A DNA stretch of 64,000 nt. It comes from an uncultured Candidatus Rokubacteria bacterium (lineage in GTDB: Bacteria > Methylomirabilota > Methylomirabilia > Rokubacteriales > CSP1-6). The stretch covers positions 832,001 through 896,000 of the forward strand of contig CAWBMV010000034.1 of assembly GCA_963789955.1 (NCBI GenBank), written 5' to 3'. The position numbers were made by a program, and so were the translations under genes. Positions 53,689 to 64,000 of this stretch are shown piece by piece (the stretch's first letter is position 1; the number at the start of each line of letters is the position of its first letter). The notes beneath the pieces were generated by a model, which saw only the letters and a list, made by a program, of their open reading frames with translations, was not told where the DNA came from and did no database searches.

Positions 53689-54174
53689 ATGAAGGTGCGC
53701 GTCACCTTGAACGTCAACGGCGAGTCGCGCGAGGCGCTCGTGCCGACCCACAAGACTCTGCTCGAAGTGCTTCGGGAAGATCTCGGGCTCACCGGGACCA
53801 AGCACGGCTGCGAGCTCGGCGAATGCGGCACGTGCACCGTGCTCGTCGACGGCGAGCCGGTGCTGTCGTGCCTGGCGCTTCCGGTCGAGACCGAGGGCCG
53901 CCGGATCACGACGGTGGAGGGGATGGCGGAGGGCGGGCGCCTGCATCCGCTTCAGCAAGCCTTCGCCGAGCTGGGCGCCGCGCAGTGCGGATACTGCACG
54001 CCCGGCATCTTATTGACGGCCACCGCCCTCCTCGCGGAGCGGCCCAGCCCGACACGGCAGGAGGTCAAGGAGGCGCTGGCCGGCAACCTCTGCCGCTGCA
54101 CCGGCTACACGAAGATCCTCGACGCCGTCGAGCTCGCGGCCCTGCGGATGGGACGCCAGGAGGCCCGTACATGA
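53689..54174 (+). CDS. hcrC: 2x[2Fe-2S] subunit, 4-hydroxybenzoyl-CoA reductase gamma-like
   Basis: GCELGECGTC, QCGYCTPG, NLCRCTGY. Confidence 0.75.
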   Translation: MKVRVTLNVNGESREALVPTHKTLLEVLREDLGLTGTKHGCELGECGTCTVLVDGEPVLSCLALPVETEGRRITTVEGMAEGGRLHPLQQAFAELGAAQCGYCTPGILLTATALLAERPSPTRQEVKEALAGNLCRCTGYTKILDAVELAALRMGRQEART

Positions 54175-56626
54175 CCAAGAACGAGTTCGCGGTCATCGGC
54201 CGGCCGCTCCCGAAAGTCGATGCGTGGGCGAAGGTCGTCGGCGAGACGAAATACGCCGACGATCTCTTCCTGCCGCGCATGGCGTACGCCAAGCTCCTCC
54301 GCAGCTCCCACGCCCACGCCCGCATCAAATCCATCGACACCACGCGTGCCCGCGCTCTGCCCGGCGTGTTCGCGGTCGTCACGGCCGAGGACTTGCCCCG
54401 GGTGAAGTTCGGCATCTTGCCGGTGTCGCAGGACGAAGAGGCGCTCTGCGCGGAGAAGGTCCGCATGGTCGGCGATCCGGTCGCCGCGGTCGCGGCGGTG
54501 GACGAGGAGACCGCCGAGCAGGCGTGCCGGCTGATCGAGGTCGACTACGAGCCGTTGCCGGCGCTCATGTCGATCTTCGACTCGCTCGCGCATCCCGAAG
54601 TCCGCATCCACGACTACGGCGACGGCCCGAACGTCCACAAGAACGTCGCACTCCAGTTCGGCGACGTGGACGCGGCGCTCGACGGCGCCCATCTGGTGCG
54701 CGAGGACGTGTTCTTCTTCGAGGGCAACACTCACCTGCCGATGGAGCAGCACGCCGCCGTCGCCCACTGGGCGGCCGACGGCAAGCTGACCCTCTGGTCC
54801 TCGACGCAGACACCGCACTACGTGCACCGGGTCCTCGCGAAGGTGCTCGACACGCCGGCCGCGCACATCCGGGTCGTCGCGACTCCGGTCGGCGGCGGCT
54901 TCGGCGGCAAGACGGATCCGTTCTCGCACGAGATCGTCGTCTGCCAGCTCTCGAAGCTGACGGGACGGCCGGTGAAGATCGCGCTGACGCGGGAAGAAGT
55001 CTTCTACACGCACCGTGGACGCCATCCCGTGCTCATGTGGATCAAGACCGGATTCACGAAGCAGGGTGACATCACCGGCTGCCACCTGCGGACCTGGCTC
55101 GATGGCGGCGCGTACGGCTCGTACGGCGTCGCGTCCACCTTCTATACCGGCGTGATCAATCCGGTCACCTACAAGATCCCCGTCTACAAGTTCGAGGGCG
55201 CGCGCATCTTCACCAACAAGCCGCCGTGCGGACCCAAGCGCGGCCACGGCACGGTCCAGCCCCGCTTCGCCCTCGAATGTCAGCTCGACAAGGCGGCCGA
55301 GCAGCTCGGGCTCGATCCCGCCGACATGCGGCGGCGGATCGTCGCCGAGCCGTTCACCAAGACGGCGAACCACCTGACGGTCACGACCATCGGTCTGGGC
55401 GAGTGCATCGACAAGGTCGTGGAAGCCTCCGGCTGGCGCGACAAGCGCGCCCGCTACGGCGTTTCGGCGAAGCCTGCGCCCGGGAAGCCCGCGGGAGCTC
55501 GTCTGCCAAGAAGCGCGGGCTGGGGATCGCCTGCTCGGCGTACCTCACCGGAGCCGGCACCGCGATCTACTGGAACGACATGCCCCACTCCGGCGTGATC
55601 GCCCGAGCCGATCGCAGCGGTGGTGTCAGCGTGCTGTGCGGCGCCACCGACATCGGCCAGGGCTCGGACTCGATCCTGGCCTATCTGACCGCGGAAGTCC
55701 TCGGCATCGAGCCGAAGGACATCCACGTGCAGCCGGCCGACACGACCCTGACGCCCGTCGATCTGGGCTCCTACTCGTCGCGCGTGACGCTGATGTGTGG
55801 CATGGCGGCGATCCAGGCCGCCCAGCGTCTCCGCGACGCCATCTTCAAGGCGGTGGCGCAGAAGCTCGAGGTGAGCCCGGCGGCCCTCGTGGCGCGCGAG
55901 CGCAAGATCGGCGTGCCCGACGACTGGGACCGCGCCGTGCCGTTCGCGCGAGGCGTGGAGCTCGGGGAGGCGCTACACGGTGTCCTCGCGTTTCCCGGCT
56001 CGTACGCGCCGCCCAAGCGCGCCGGCAAGTACAAGGGCGGAGGCGTCGGGCCGTCGCCGTGCTACTCGTATTCGGCGTGTGTCGTGGAGCTGACCGTCGA
56101 CGAAGAGACCGGCACCGTCGATCTCGAGAACGTGTGGATCGGCCACGACATCGGGCGCGCGCTGAATCCGCTCCTGGTCGAGGGACAGGTCGAGGGCTCG
56201 GTGTACATGGGGATCGGCGAAGCCTTGATGGAGGAGCAGGTGTTCAGGAAGAATCTCCACAAGCATCCGTCGATGCTCGAGTACAAGAGCCCGACTACGC
56301 TCGAGACGCCGGAGATCCACACGATTCTCGTCGAGACCGACGACCCCGAAGGGCCCTTCGGCGCCAAGGAAGCGGGCCAGGGCCCGCTCCTGCCGGTGAT
56401 CCCGGCGATCGCGAACGCCCTGCATCACGCGCTCGGCATCCGCATCGACGAGGTGCCGATCACCGCCGACAAGATCCTCAAGGCCCTCGATCTGAAGCGC
56501 GCGGGAAAGCCGGCGCGCGTCGGGCCGACGCGCCTGCCGCTGCTCACGTTCAAGCAGCCGCTCGCGGTCGAATCCGCATTCGGGCAGCCGGCCGACGCCA
56601 TCGTCTCCAGACCATTCGCGAAATGA
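54171..56626 (+). CDS. hcrA: Molybdopterin subunit, 4-hydroxybenzoyl-CoA reductase alpha-like (frameshift near 55500)
   Basis: GGGFGGK, RGHG, DIGQGS, GSYSSRVT, GAKEAGQG; flanked by hcrC- and hcrB-like genes. Confidence 0.72.
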
Positions 56627-56716
56627 AGATACGTCCCGCAAAACCGCCACGCGCGAGATCGGGCGAGGGAAGTGCGGTTCCGAAAGGATCGGGCGTGCGG
56701 AGCTTCGCCACGTCTG

Positions 56717-56762
56717 TCTCAGGCCACCCTCGGTCCAAGCCGGCCTCACGGTCCCCGCTACA
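56717..56762 (+). repeat. Dispersed 46-bp intergenic repeat, copy 2
   Basis: tctcaggccaccctcggtccaagccggcctcacggtccccgctaca; 43/46 identical to 7976-8021. Confidence 0.85.
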
Positions 56763-56776
56763 ATGAGCTTCGCCGC

Positions 56777-57795
56777 GTGATTCGCCTACCGCCATTTACC
56801 TACCTCGCGCCCACGACGGTGGACGCAGCGGCGCGATTGATGGCCGAGCATGGACGTGATGCGATGCTCGTCGCCGGCGGGACCGACCTCTACCCGAACA
56901 TGAAGCGGCGGCAGTTCGAGCCAAAGGTGCTCGTCGCGCTGCGAGGTCTGCGCGAGCTGCGCGGGAGTCCGCGGCTCCGCCGCCGGCGGCTTCAAAATCG
57001 GCGCCGGGACGACCCTCTCGGCGGTCGCCGCCCACCGCGATATCATGCGCGAGTGGCCGGCACTCGCGACGGCGGCCGGACTTGTCTCCTCGCCTCAGCT
57101 TCGGAACATGGGTACCATCGGGGGCAACGTCTGTGTCGACACCCGGTGCAACTATTACAATCAGTCGCACGAGTGGCGTAAGGCCATCGGCTTCTGCATG
57201 AAAAAAGACGGCGATATCTGTCTGGTGGCGCCCGGGAGCTCCCGGTGCTGGGCCGTGTCCTCCTCGGACACCGCGCCCGTTCTGTGGGCACTCGGGGCGA
57301 AGCTCCGACTCGTCGGCGCCGACGGCGAGCGCACGGTACCGATGGGTGCGCTCTACCAGGACGATGGGATCGAATACCTCGCCAAGCGCCCTGACGAGAT
57401 CGTCGCGGACATCCAGCTGCCTCCCGCCGAGGGCTGGCGCTCGGCGTACCTCAAGCTGCGGCGCCGGGGCTCGTTCGATTTCCCGGTGCTCGGGCGTGGC
57501 GGTGGCCGCCAGGATGGAAGGCGACGTCGTCCGCGAGGCCCGGATCGTGCTCGGAGCCGTCGCCTCCCAGCCGCGGCCGGCGGACCGGGCTGCCGCGGCG
57601 CTCGTCGGCCAGCGGGTGACGCGCGAGCTGATCGCACAGGTCGCGGACCTGGCAGCCGGACCCTCGAAGCCGCTGGACAACACCGATTTCAGTCACCCCT
57701 ACCGCAAGAAAGTCACTCGAGTCTTCGTCGCGCGGGCCCTCGCCGCGGTGGCCGGGCTCGACGACATCGGCGCCACATCGGAGGAGGTCGCGTGA
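56777..57795 (+). CDS. hcrB: FAD subunit with [4Fe-4S] insertion, 4-hydroxybenzoyl-CoA reductase beta-like (frameshifts near 56970 and 57495)
   Basis: AGGTDLYPNMKR, QLRNMGTIGGN, insertion RCNYYNQSHEWRKAIGFCMKKDGDICLVAPGSSRC, KLRRRGSFDFP. Confidence 0.8.
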
Positions 57796-58340
57796 CCGCA
57801 CTGGGTGAGCGCATCAAGCGCCTGCGCGGGGAGCGCGAGCTCCAGCAGCGCCAGCTCGCGGAGAAGGCCGGTCTCACCCCGAGCATGGTCTCGCAGATCG
57901 AGTCGGGCCGGCTGTCGCCCTCGCTCCACACGCTGGGCAAGATCGCTTCGGCGTTCGGGGTGCCGATCGCGGCGCTGTTCGACGGCAAGCCGGCCGGCAG
58001 CATCGTCATCTCGCACAAGCGCGACTACCCGGTCGTGTCGTTCGATGGCTCCTCGGAGCGATGGGCCGTCCTCGGCGCCGGGCTGTTCCAGGGGAAGATC
58101 CGCGCGGTGGTCTCGACCCTCGGGCCGAAGTCACGCGGCTTCACGACCGAGAAGGTCATCATCAAGCCGGGCCAGCAGAAGCTCTTCTACGTGCTCGAGG
58201 GCAAGGTCGCGCTCCACTACGACGGCGATCGCCACCTGCTCGAGGCGGGCGACAGCGCGCTCCTCGACGGCGGCGTGGCCCACGGGTGGGAAAATCTCGG
58301 CGGCAAGCAGGCCCAGGCGCTCTGGGTCATTCTGGGATAG
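57792..58340 (+). CDS. XRE HTH-cupin transcriptional regulator
   Basis: LGERIKRLR..LAEKAGLTPSMVSQIE, cupin LEAGDS..HGWEN. Confidence 0.88.
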   Translation: MTALGERIKRLRGERELQQRQLAEKAGLTPSMVSQIESGRLSPSLHTLGKIASAFGVPIAALFDGKPAGSIVISHKRDYPVVSFDGSSERWAVLGAGLFQGKIRAVVSTLGPKSRGFTTEKVIIKPGQQKLFYVLEGKVALHYDGDRHLLEAGDSALLDGGVAHGWENLGGKQAQALWVILG

Positions 58341-58346
58341 GCGCCG

Positions 58347-60020
58347 ATGGCCGACACGGGTGAGCGCGTGCTGGTCGACTTCAGGACCGAGCCGGCGAAG
58401 TACCGGCACTGGAAGCTCACGTTCAACGGTCCCGTGGCCACGCTCGCGATGGACGTCAAGGAAGACGGCGGCCTGCGGCCGGGCTACGAGCTGAAGCTCA
58501 ATTCCTACGATCTCGGCGTGGACGTCGAGCTCTACGACGCGATCCAGCGCCTGCGTTTCGAGCATCCCGAGGTGGGCGCGGTGGTCGTCACCTCCGGCAA
58601 GGAGCGCGTGTTCTGCGCCGGCGCCAACATCCGCATGCTCTCGCAATCGGCCCACGGCTGGAAGGTGAACTTCTGCAAGTTCACCAACGAGACCCGCAAT
58701 GCCATCGAGGAGGCGACGGGAGAGTCCCGCCAGTTCTATCTCTGCGCCGTCAACGGTCCGTGCGCGGGGGGCGGCTACGAGCTCGCGCTGGCGACCGACT
58801 GGATCGTGATGGCCGACGACGGCAACACGGCCGTGTCGCTTCCGGAGGTTCCGCTGCTCGCGGTGCTCCCCGGCACCGGTGGGCTCACGCGGCTCGTCGA
58901 CAAACGCCGGGTCCGTCGCGATCGCGCCGACTTCTTCTGCACGGTCGAGGAGGGGATCAAGGGCGCGCGCGCCGTCGAATGGGGCCTCGTGGACGAGGTC
59001 GCGCCGCGCTCGAAGCTCGACGAGGTCGTGAAGCGTCGCGCCGCCGAGTTCGCGGCGCGCACCGATCGGCCGGCCGGAGCCCGAGGGATCGCGCTGGCTC
59101 CGCTCGAGCGCTCGATCGACGGCGACCGGATCCGCTATGGCCACGTCGTCTGCGAGATCGACCGCGCGCGCGGTCTTGCCGAGATCACGGTGAGCGGGCC
59201 GAGCGCGGCGCCGCCGACCAGCGCCGCCGGCGTCCACGAGGCCGGCGGCGCGTTCTGGCCGCTGGCCCTCGCGCGCGAGCTCGACGATCTGATCCTGCAC
59301 CTGCGCACGAACGAGGACGAGATCGGACTCTGGGTGCTCAGGACGTCGGGCCGCGCCGAGCTCGTCGAGGCGTACGATCGCCTGCTCGCGGCGCACCGCG
59401 AGGACTGGCTCGTGCGCGAGATCCGTCTCTATCTCAAGCGTACGTTCAAGCGGATCGAGGTCTCGTCGCGGTCGGTGTTCGCGCTCGTCGAGCCGGGCTC
59501 GTGCTTCGCGGGCACCTTGCTGGAGCTCGGGCTCGCGGCCGACCGGTCGTACATGCTCGACGGTGCGCGGCCGGGTGACACGACGCCGGCGGCGACGATC
59601 CGGCTCACGGAGATGAACTTCGGCGCGTATCCGATGGTCAACGGTCTCACGCGACTGGCGAGCCGCTTCCTCGCCGAGCCCGGACGAACCGACAAGCTCC
59701 GCGCGCGGATCGGCGAGGATCTGGACGCGGCCGCGGCCGCCGAGGCCGGGCTCGTCACCTTCACCCCCGACGACATCGACTGGGACGACGAGGTTCGCCT
59801 CGCGATCGAGGGGCGCGCGGCCTTCTCGCCCGACGCGCTCACGGGCATGGAGGCCTCGATCCGGTTCGGCGGACCCGAGACGCTCGAGAGCAAGATCTTC
59901 GGCCGGCTCTCGGCCTGGCAGAACTGGATCTTCCAGCGCGGCAACGCCGTCGGGCCCAAGGGCGCGCTCGAGGTCTACGGCACGGGACGTCGCAGCGAGT
60001 TCGATCGCAGGAGAGTGTGA
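58347..60020 (+). CDS. boxC: 2,3-epoxybenzoyl-CoA dihydrolase
   Basis: YELKLNSYDLGVDVEL, FCAGANIRML, KVNFCKFTNETRN, FGRLSAWQNWIF. Confidence 0.93.
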   Translation: MADTGERVLVDFRTEPAKYRHWKLTFNGPVATLAMDVKEDGGLRPGYELKLNSYDLGVDVELYDAIQRLRFEHPEVGAVVVTSGKERVFCAGANIRMLSQSAHGWKVNFCKFTNETRNAIEEATGESRQFYLCAVNGPCAGGGYELALATDWIVMADDGNTAVSLPEVPLLAVLPGTGGLTRLVDKRRVRRDRADFFCTVEEGIKGARAVEWGLVDEVAPRSKLDEVVKRRAAEFAARTDRPAGARGIALAPLERSIDGDRIRYGHVVCEIDRARGLAEITVSGPSAAPPTSAAGVHEAGGAFWPLALARELDDLILHLRTNEDEIGLWVLRTSGRAELVEAYDRLLAAHREDWLVREIRLYLKRTFKRIEVSSRSVFALVEPGSCFAGTLLELGLAADRSYMLDGARPGDTTPAATIRLTEMNFGAYPMVNGLTRLASRFLAEPGRTDKLRARIGEDLDAAAAAEAGLVTFTPDDIDWDDEVRLAIEGRAAFSPDALTGMEASIRFGGPETLESKIFGRLSAWQNWIFQRGNAVGPKGALEVYGTGRRSEFDRRRV

Positions 60021-61437
60021 TGGCCGGCATCGACTACAGCGAGCGCATCCCGAACAACGTCAACCTCGCCGACAACCGTCGGCTCCAGCGCGCGCTCGAA
60101 GAGTGGCATCCGAAGTTCCTCGACTGGTGGATGCAGATGGGCCCGGACGGTTTCCAGGCGAAGGACGTCTATCTCAGGACCGCCGTCAGCGTCGACGCTC
60201 AGGGCTGGGCCCAGTTCGACTACGTCAAGATGCCGGACTATCGCTGGGGCTTGTTTCTCGCCGAGCCCGAGCCCGGCCGCACGATCGGCTTCGGCGACCA
60301 CATGGGCGCGCCCGCCTGGCAGGACGTGCCGGGCGAATATCGCGGCGTGCTCCGCCGGCTGATCGTCACCCAGGGCGATACGGAGCCGGCCTCGGTCGAG
60401 CAGCAGCGTCATCTCGGTCGAACCTGCCCGTCGCTCTACGACCTGCGCAACCTGTTCCAGATCAACGTCGAGGAGGGTCGCCATCTGTGGGCGATGGTCT
60501 ACCTGCTCGACGCCTACTTCGGACGCGACGGGCGCGAGGAGTCCGAGGCGCTGCTGCAGCGCCGCTCGGGCGATCGGGACAAGCCGCGCATCCTCGGCGC
60601 CTTCAACGAGAAGACGCCGGACTGGCTCTCGTACCTGATGTTCACGTACTTCACGGACCGCGACGGCAAGTACCAGCTCGCGAGCCTCGCCGAGAGCGGG
60701 TTCGATCCACTGTCGCGGACCTGCCGCTTCATGCTCACCGAAGAAGCGCATCATCTGTTCGTCGGCGAGACGGGCATCGGGCGCGTCGTCCAGCGCACGT
60801 GCGAGCTGATGCGCGAGGGCAAGACCGACGACGTCCGCCGGCTGGCGCCATCGACCTCGCGACCCTGCAGCGCTACATCAACTTCCACTACTCGGTGTCG
60901 CTCGACCTGTTCGGGTCGGAGATCTCGACCAACGCCGCGAACTTCTACACGATGGGGCTCAAGGGGCGCTTCGAGGAGGGAAAGAAGCGTGACGATCACC
61001 GGTTGAAGGACACGACCTACTCGATCAGCGAGCTGATCGGCGATCGGGTGACGAGCCGCGAGGCGCCGGCGCTGCCGTCACTCAACGAGCGGCTGCGCGA
61101 CGACTACATCGCCGATTGCCAGCGCGGGCTCGACCGCTGGAACCAGATCATCAAGAAGCACGAGATCGATCAGGAGCTCTCGCTGCCCCACCGGGGGTTC
61201 CACCGGGCCATCGGGCTCTTCGCGGAGGTCAAGGTGGCGCCCGACGGCCGCGTGCTCAGCGAGGCCGAGTGGGATGCGCGCAAGCACGAATGGCTCCCGA
61301 CCGAGTCGGATCAGGCCTACGTCGAGAGCCTCATGCAGCCGGTGACCGAGGTCGCCCGTTTCGCCAACTGGATCGCGCCCCCAGCGCGCGGCGTCAACGG
61401 CCGGCCCGTCGACTTCGAGTACGTCCGCCTCGCCTAG
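60020..61437 (+). CDS. boxB: Benzoyl-CoA 2,3-epoxidase diiron subunit (frameshift near 60845)
   Basis: IPNNVNL, YVKMPDYRWG, QGDTEPASVEQQR, VEEGRH, MLTEEAHH, DFEYVR. Confidence 0.93.
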
Positions 61438-61440
61438 CGC

Positions 61441-62991
61441 ATGAACGCGTCGGAGCTGCTGCCCCCGCAGTTCAACGCCGCGACGTGGTTCGTCGACCGC
61501 AACGTCGCCGAAGGCCGCGGGGCCGTGCCGGCGTTTCGCCACGAAGACACGACGCTCACCTACGCGGATGTTCTCGATCTGGTCAATCGAACGGGCAACA
61601 CGCTGCTCGAGATCGGCGTCGAGCCCGAGAATCGCGTGCTGATGCTGTGTCTGGACGCGCCCGAGTTCATCGGCACGTTCTGGGGCGCCATCAAGATCGG
61701 CGCGGTTCCGATTCCCACGAATACATTGATGCGCGCCGCGGACTATCTGTACTTCCTGAACGACAGCCGCGCCAAGGTGGCGGTCGTCTCGGCGCCGCTC
61801 CTGGCCGAGGCCGGGCCGGCGCTCGCGGAGGCCAAGTATCTCAAGCACGTGCTCGTGGCGGGCGGCGCGCCCGGGCGGTTCATGGCGTACGAGGACCGCG
61901 TCGCGAAGGCGTCGGCGAAGCTCGACGCGGCGATGACCTCGCGTGATGATCCCGCGTACTGGCAGTATTCGTCGGGCTCGACCGGCTTTCCGAAGGGCGC
62001 CGTACACCTGCAGCACGACATGGTGATCTGCTGCGAGACGTACGGTAAGCAAGTGCTCGGGATCCGCCCGACCGATCGCATCTTCTCCGCGGCCAAGCTC
62101 TTCTTCGCCTACGGGCTCGGCGCGACCGGCTTTCTCCCGATGAGCGTCGGGGCGCAGGCGATGCTCTATCCGCAGCGGCCGACGCCTGAGAGCGTGTTCG
62201 AGGCCATCACGCGCTACCGGCCGACCTTGTTCTTCGGGATTCCGACTCTCTTCGCCTCGATGCTCGCCGTGAAGGACGCGGAGAAGCGGTTCGACGCGTC
62301 CTCGCTCCGCCTGTGCGTGTCGGCCGGTGAGGCCCTTCCGGAAGAGCTCTACAACCGCTGGCGCGATCGCTTCGGCGTCGAGATCGTCGACGGCATCGGC
62401 ACCACGGAGATCGGCTACATCTTCATCTCGAATCGTCCCGGCCACACGCGCCCTGGGTCGACCGGCGTGGCGGTGCCGGGGTACGAGCTCGCCATCGTGG
62501 ACGACGACGGCCGCCCGGTGGAGCCCGGAGAGATCGGCAACATCCGCGTCAAGGGCGATTCGACGATGGCTTACTACTGGAACAAGCACGAGAAGACCAA
62601 AGACACCCTCTTCGGTCAGTGGATCCAGACCGGCGACAAGTACTACCAGGACAAGGACGGGTTCTACTGGTATTGCGGGCGCTCCGACGACATGCTCAAA
62701 GTCGGCGGCATCTGGGTCTCGCCGGTCGAGGTCGAGGGGACTCTGATCCGGCACGATGCGGTGCTCGAGGCGGCGGTGGTCGGGCGCGAAGACACGGATC
62801 GGCTCGTCAAGCCCCACGCCTACGTCGTGCTGAAGGATCCGGCGATCGCGTGCGACACGCTCGCCGACGAGCTCAAGCTCTTCGTGAAGGACAAGATCGC
62901 GCCCTACAAGTACCCGCGCTGGATCGAGTTCGTCACGGAGCTTCCGAAGACGGCAACCGGCAAGATCCAGCGCTTCAAGCTGCGGGCCTGA
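61441..62991 (+). CDS. Benzoate-CoA ligase family
   Basis: YSSGSTGFPKG, AKLFFAYGLG, DGIGTTE, LPKTATGKIQRFKLR. Confidence 0.9.
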   Translation: MNASELLPPQFNAATWFVDRNVAEGRGAVPAFRHEDTTLTYADVLDLVNRTGNTLLEIGVEPENRVLMLCLDAPEFIGTFWGAIKIGAVPIPTNTLMRAADYLYFLNDSRAKVAVVSAPLLAEAGPALAEAKYLKHVLVAGGAPGRFMAYEDRVAKASAKLDAAMTSRDDPAYWQYSSGSTGFPKGAVHLQHDMVICCETYGKQVLGIRPTDRIFSAAKLFFAYGLGATGFLPMSVGAQAMLYPQRPTPESVFEAITRYRPTLFFGIPTLFASMLAVKDAEKRFDASSLRLCVSAGEALPEELYNRWRDRFGVEIVDGIGTTEIGYIFISNRPGHTRPGSTGVAVPGYELAIVDDDGRPVEPGEIGNIRVKGDSTMAYYWNKHEKTKDTLFGQWIQTGDKYYQDKDGFYWYCGRSDDMLKVGGIWVSPVEVEGTLIRHDAVLEAAVVGREDTDRLVKPHAYVVLKDPAIACDTLADELKLFVKDKIAPYKYPRWIEFVTELPKTATGKIQRFKLRA

Positions 62992-63010
62992 GGCCCCGGC
63001 TCCCTCGACG

Positions 63011-64000
63011 GTGTTCGACCGCACGCTCGAGACGCTCGGGCCGGACTCGCTACGCGACCATCAGTGGCGCCGTGTTCGCGCGATGGCGGCGGAGCTGCTC
63101 GCGACCAACCGGTTCATCCACGCGCAAATGGCGCGCGGCGGGTCTCGCCTCGGTCGACGATCTCCGCGGCTGGGACGACTTCCGACGCATTCCGCTGACG
63201 AGCAAATCGGAGCTCGTCGCCGACCAGGCCGCGCATCCGCCGTTCGGGACGAATCTGACGTACGCGCTCGAACGCTACGTGCGCGTGCACCAGACGTCGG
63301 GAACGAGCGGCGCGCCGCTCCGCTGGCTCGACACGCAGGAGTCATGGGAGTGGTGGGCGCGCTGCTGGGGATTCGTACTGCGGGGCGCCGGTGTCGGTCC
63401 GGCCGATCGCGTCTTCTTCCCGTTCTCGTTCGGCCTGTTCATCGGATTCTGGGCGGGCTTCGAGGGCGCTCGGGCGCTGGGTGCTCTGGCGATCCCCGGG
63501 GGCGGCCAGGACTCTGCGACCCGACTGGCGTGGATGGAGGCCCTGGGCGCGACGGTGCTGGTTTGCACGCCGTCTTATGCCCTCCACCTGGTCGAGGTCG
63601 CCCGCGAGCGCGGCATCGACCTGGCGAGGCTGCCCGTGCGGACGACTGTGCACGCGGGTGAGCCGGGAGCCGGCATCCCGGCCGTCCGAGCCCGTATCGA
63701 AGCGGGCTGGAGAGCTCGCACGTTCGACCACGGGGGCATGACCGAGATGGGCGCCTACGGCTACGAGTGCGCCGAGCAGGCCGGCCTGCACGTCAACGAG
63801 TCGGAGTTCATTCTCGAGGTGATCGACCCGGTCACGGCGAGGCCGACGACGGACGGAGAGCTTGTCCTGACAAACCTTGGCCGGATCGGCTCACCGGTCA
63901 TCCGCTACCGGACCGGGGATCACGTCCGCCTGGCAGAGGGAATTTGCCGGTGCGGACGCACCTTCCGGCGCCTCGACGGCGGCATCCTCGGCCGGCTCGA
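63011..64000 (+). CDS. Phenylacetate-CoA ligase-family protein (partial, frameshift near 63130)
   Basis: PLTSKSEL, HQTSGTSG, TPSYAL, GMTEMG, RYRTGD, GILGRL. Confidence 0.82.

Noticed and set aside
57045..58340. Apparent HcrB-XRE fusion
   Set aside because: Frameshift near 57495; hcrB ends at 57795 and the regulator has its own GAGGAGG and GTG at 57792

Overview
High-GC (roughly 70% by eye) bacterial chromosomal window. Gene content and style suggest a Rokubacteria/Methylomirabilota-like MAG (inference only). Many single-base frameshifts hit even housekeeping genes, which points to long-read indel errors. Left to right: dop/pafA fragment and ARC/Mpa proteasome ATPase (-); orphan ABC solute-binding protein and thioesterase; a conserved yebC-ruvCAB-DUF2905-spoIID-queA-tgt-yajC-secDF-relA block with insertions; an uncharacterised protein; an orphan AbiEi-like regulator followed by two poly-lysine micro-ORFs with very strong Shine-Dalgarno sites; rpmB/recG; an AT-rich palindrome and two degenerate receiver proteins; rsmD-coaD-aminotransferase; a CoA-ligase/UbiD catabolic cluster; plant-like threonine synthase plus cystathionine gamma-synthase; a sigma54/7xGAF hybrid kinase module; and an operon joining a 4-hydroxybenzoyl-CoA-reductase-like Mo enzyme (hcrCAB) to the O2-dependent box genes (boxC, boxB, benzoate-CoA ligase) with no boxA in view. 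A dispersed 46-bp repeat sits inside two short stop-codon-coupled ORFs. No rRNA, tRNA, CRISPR array or transposase was recognised.
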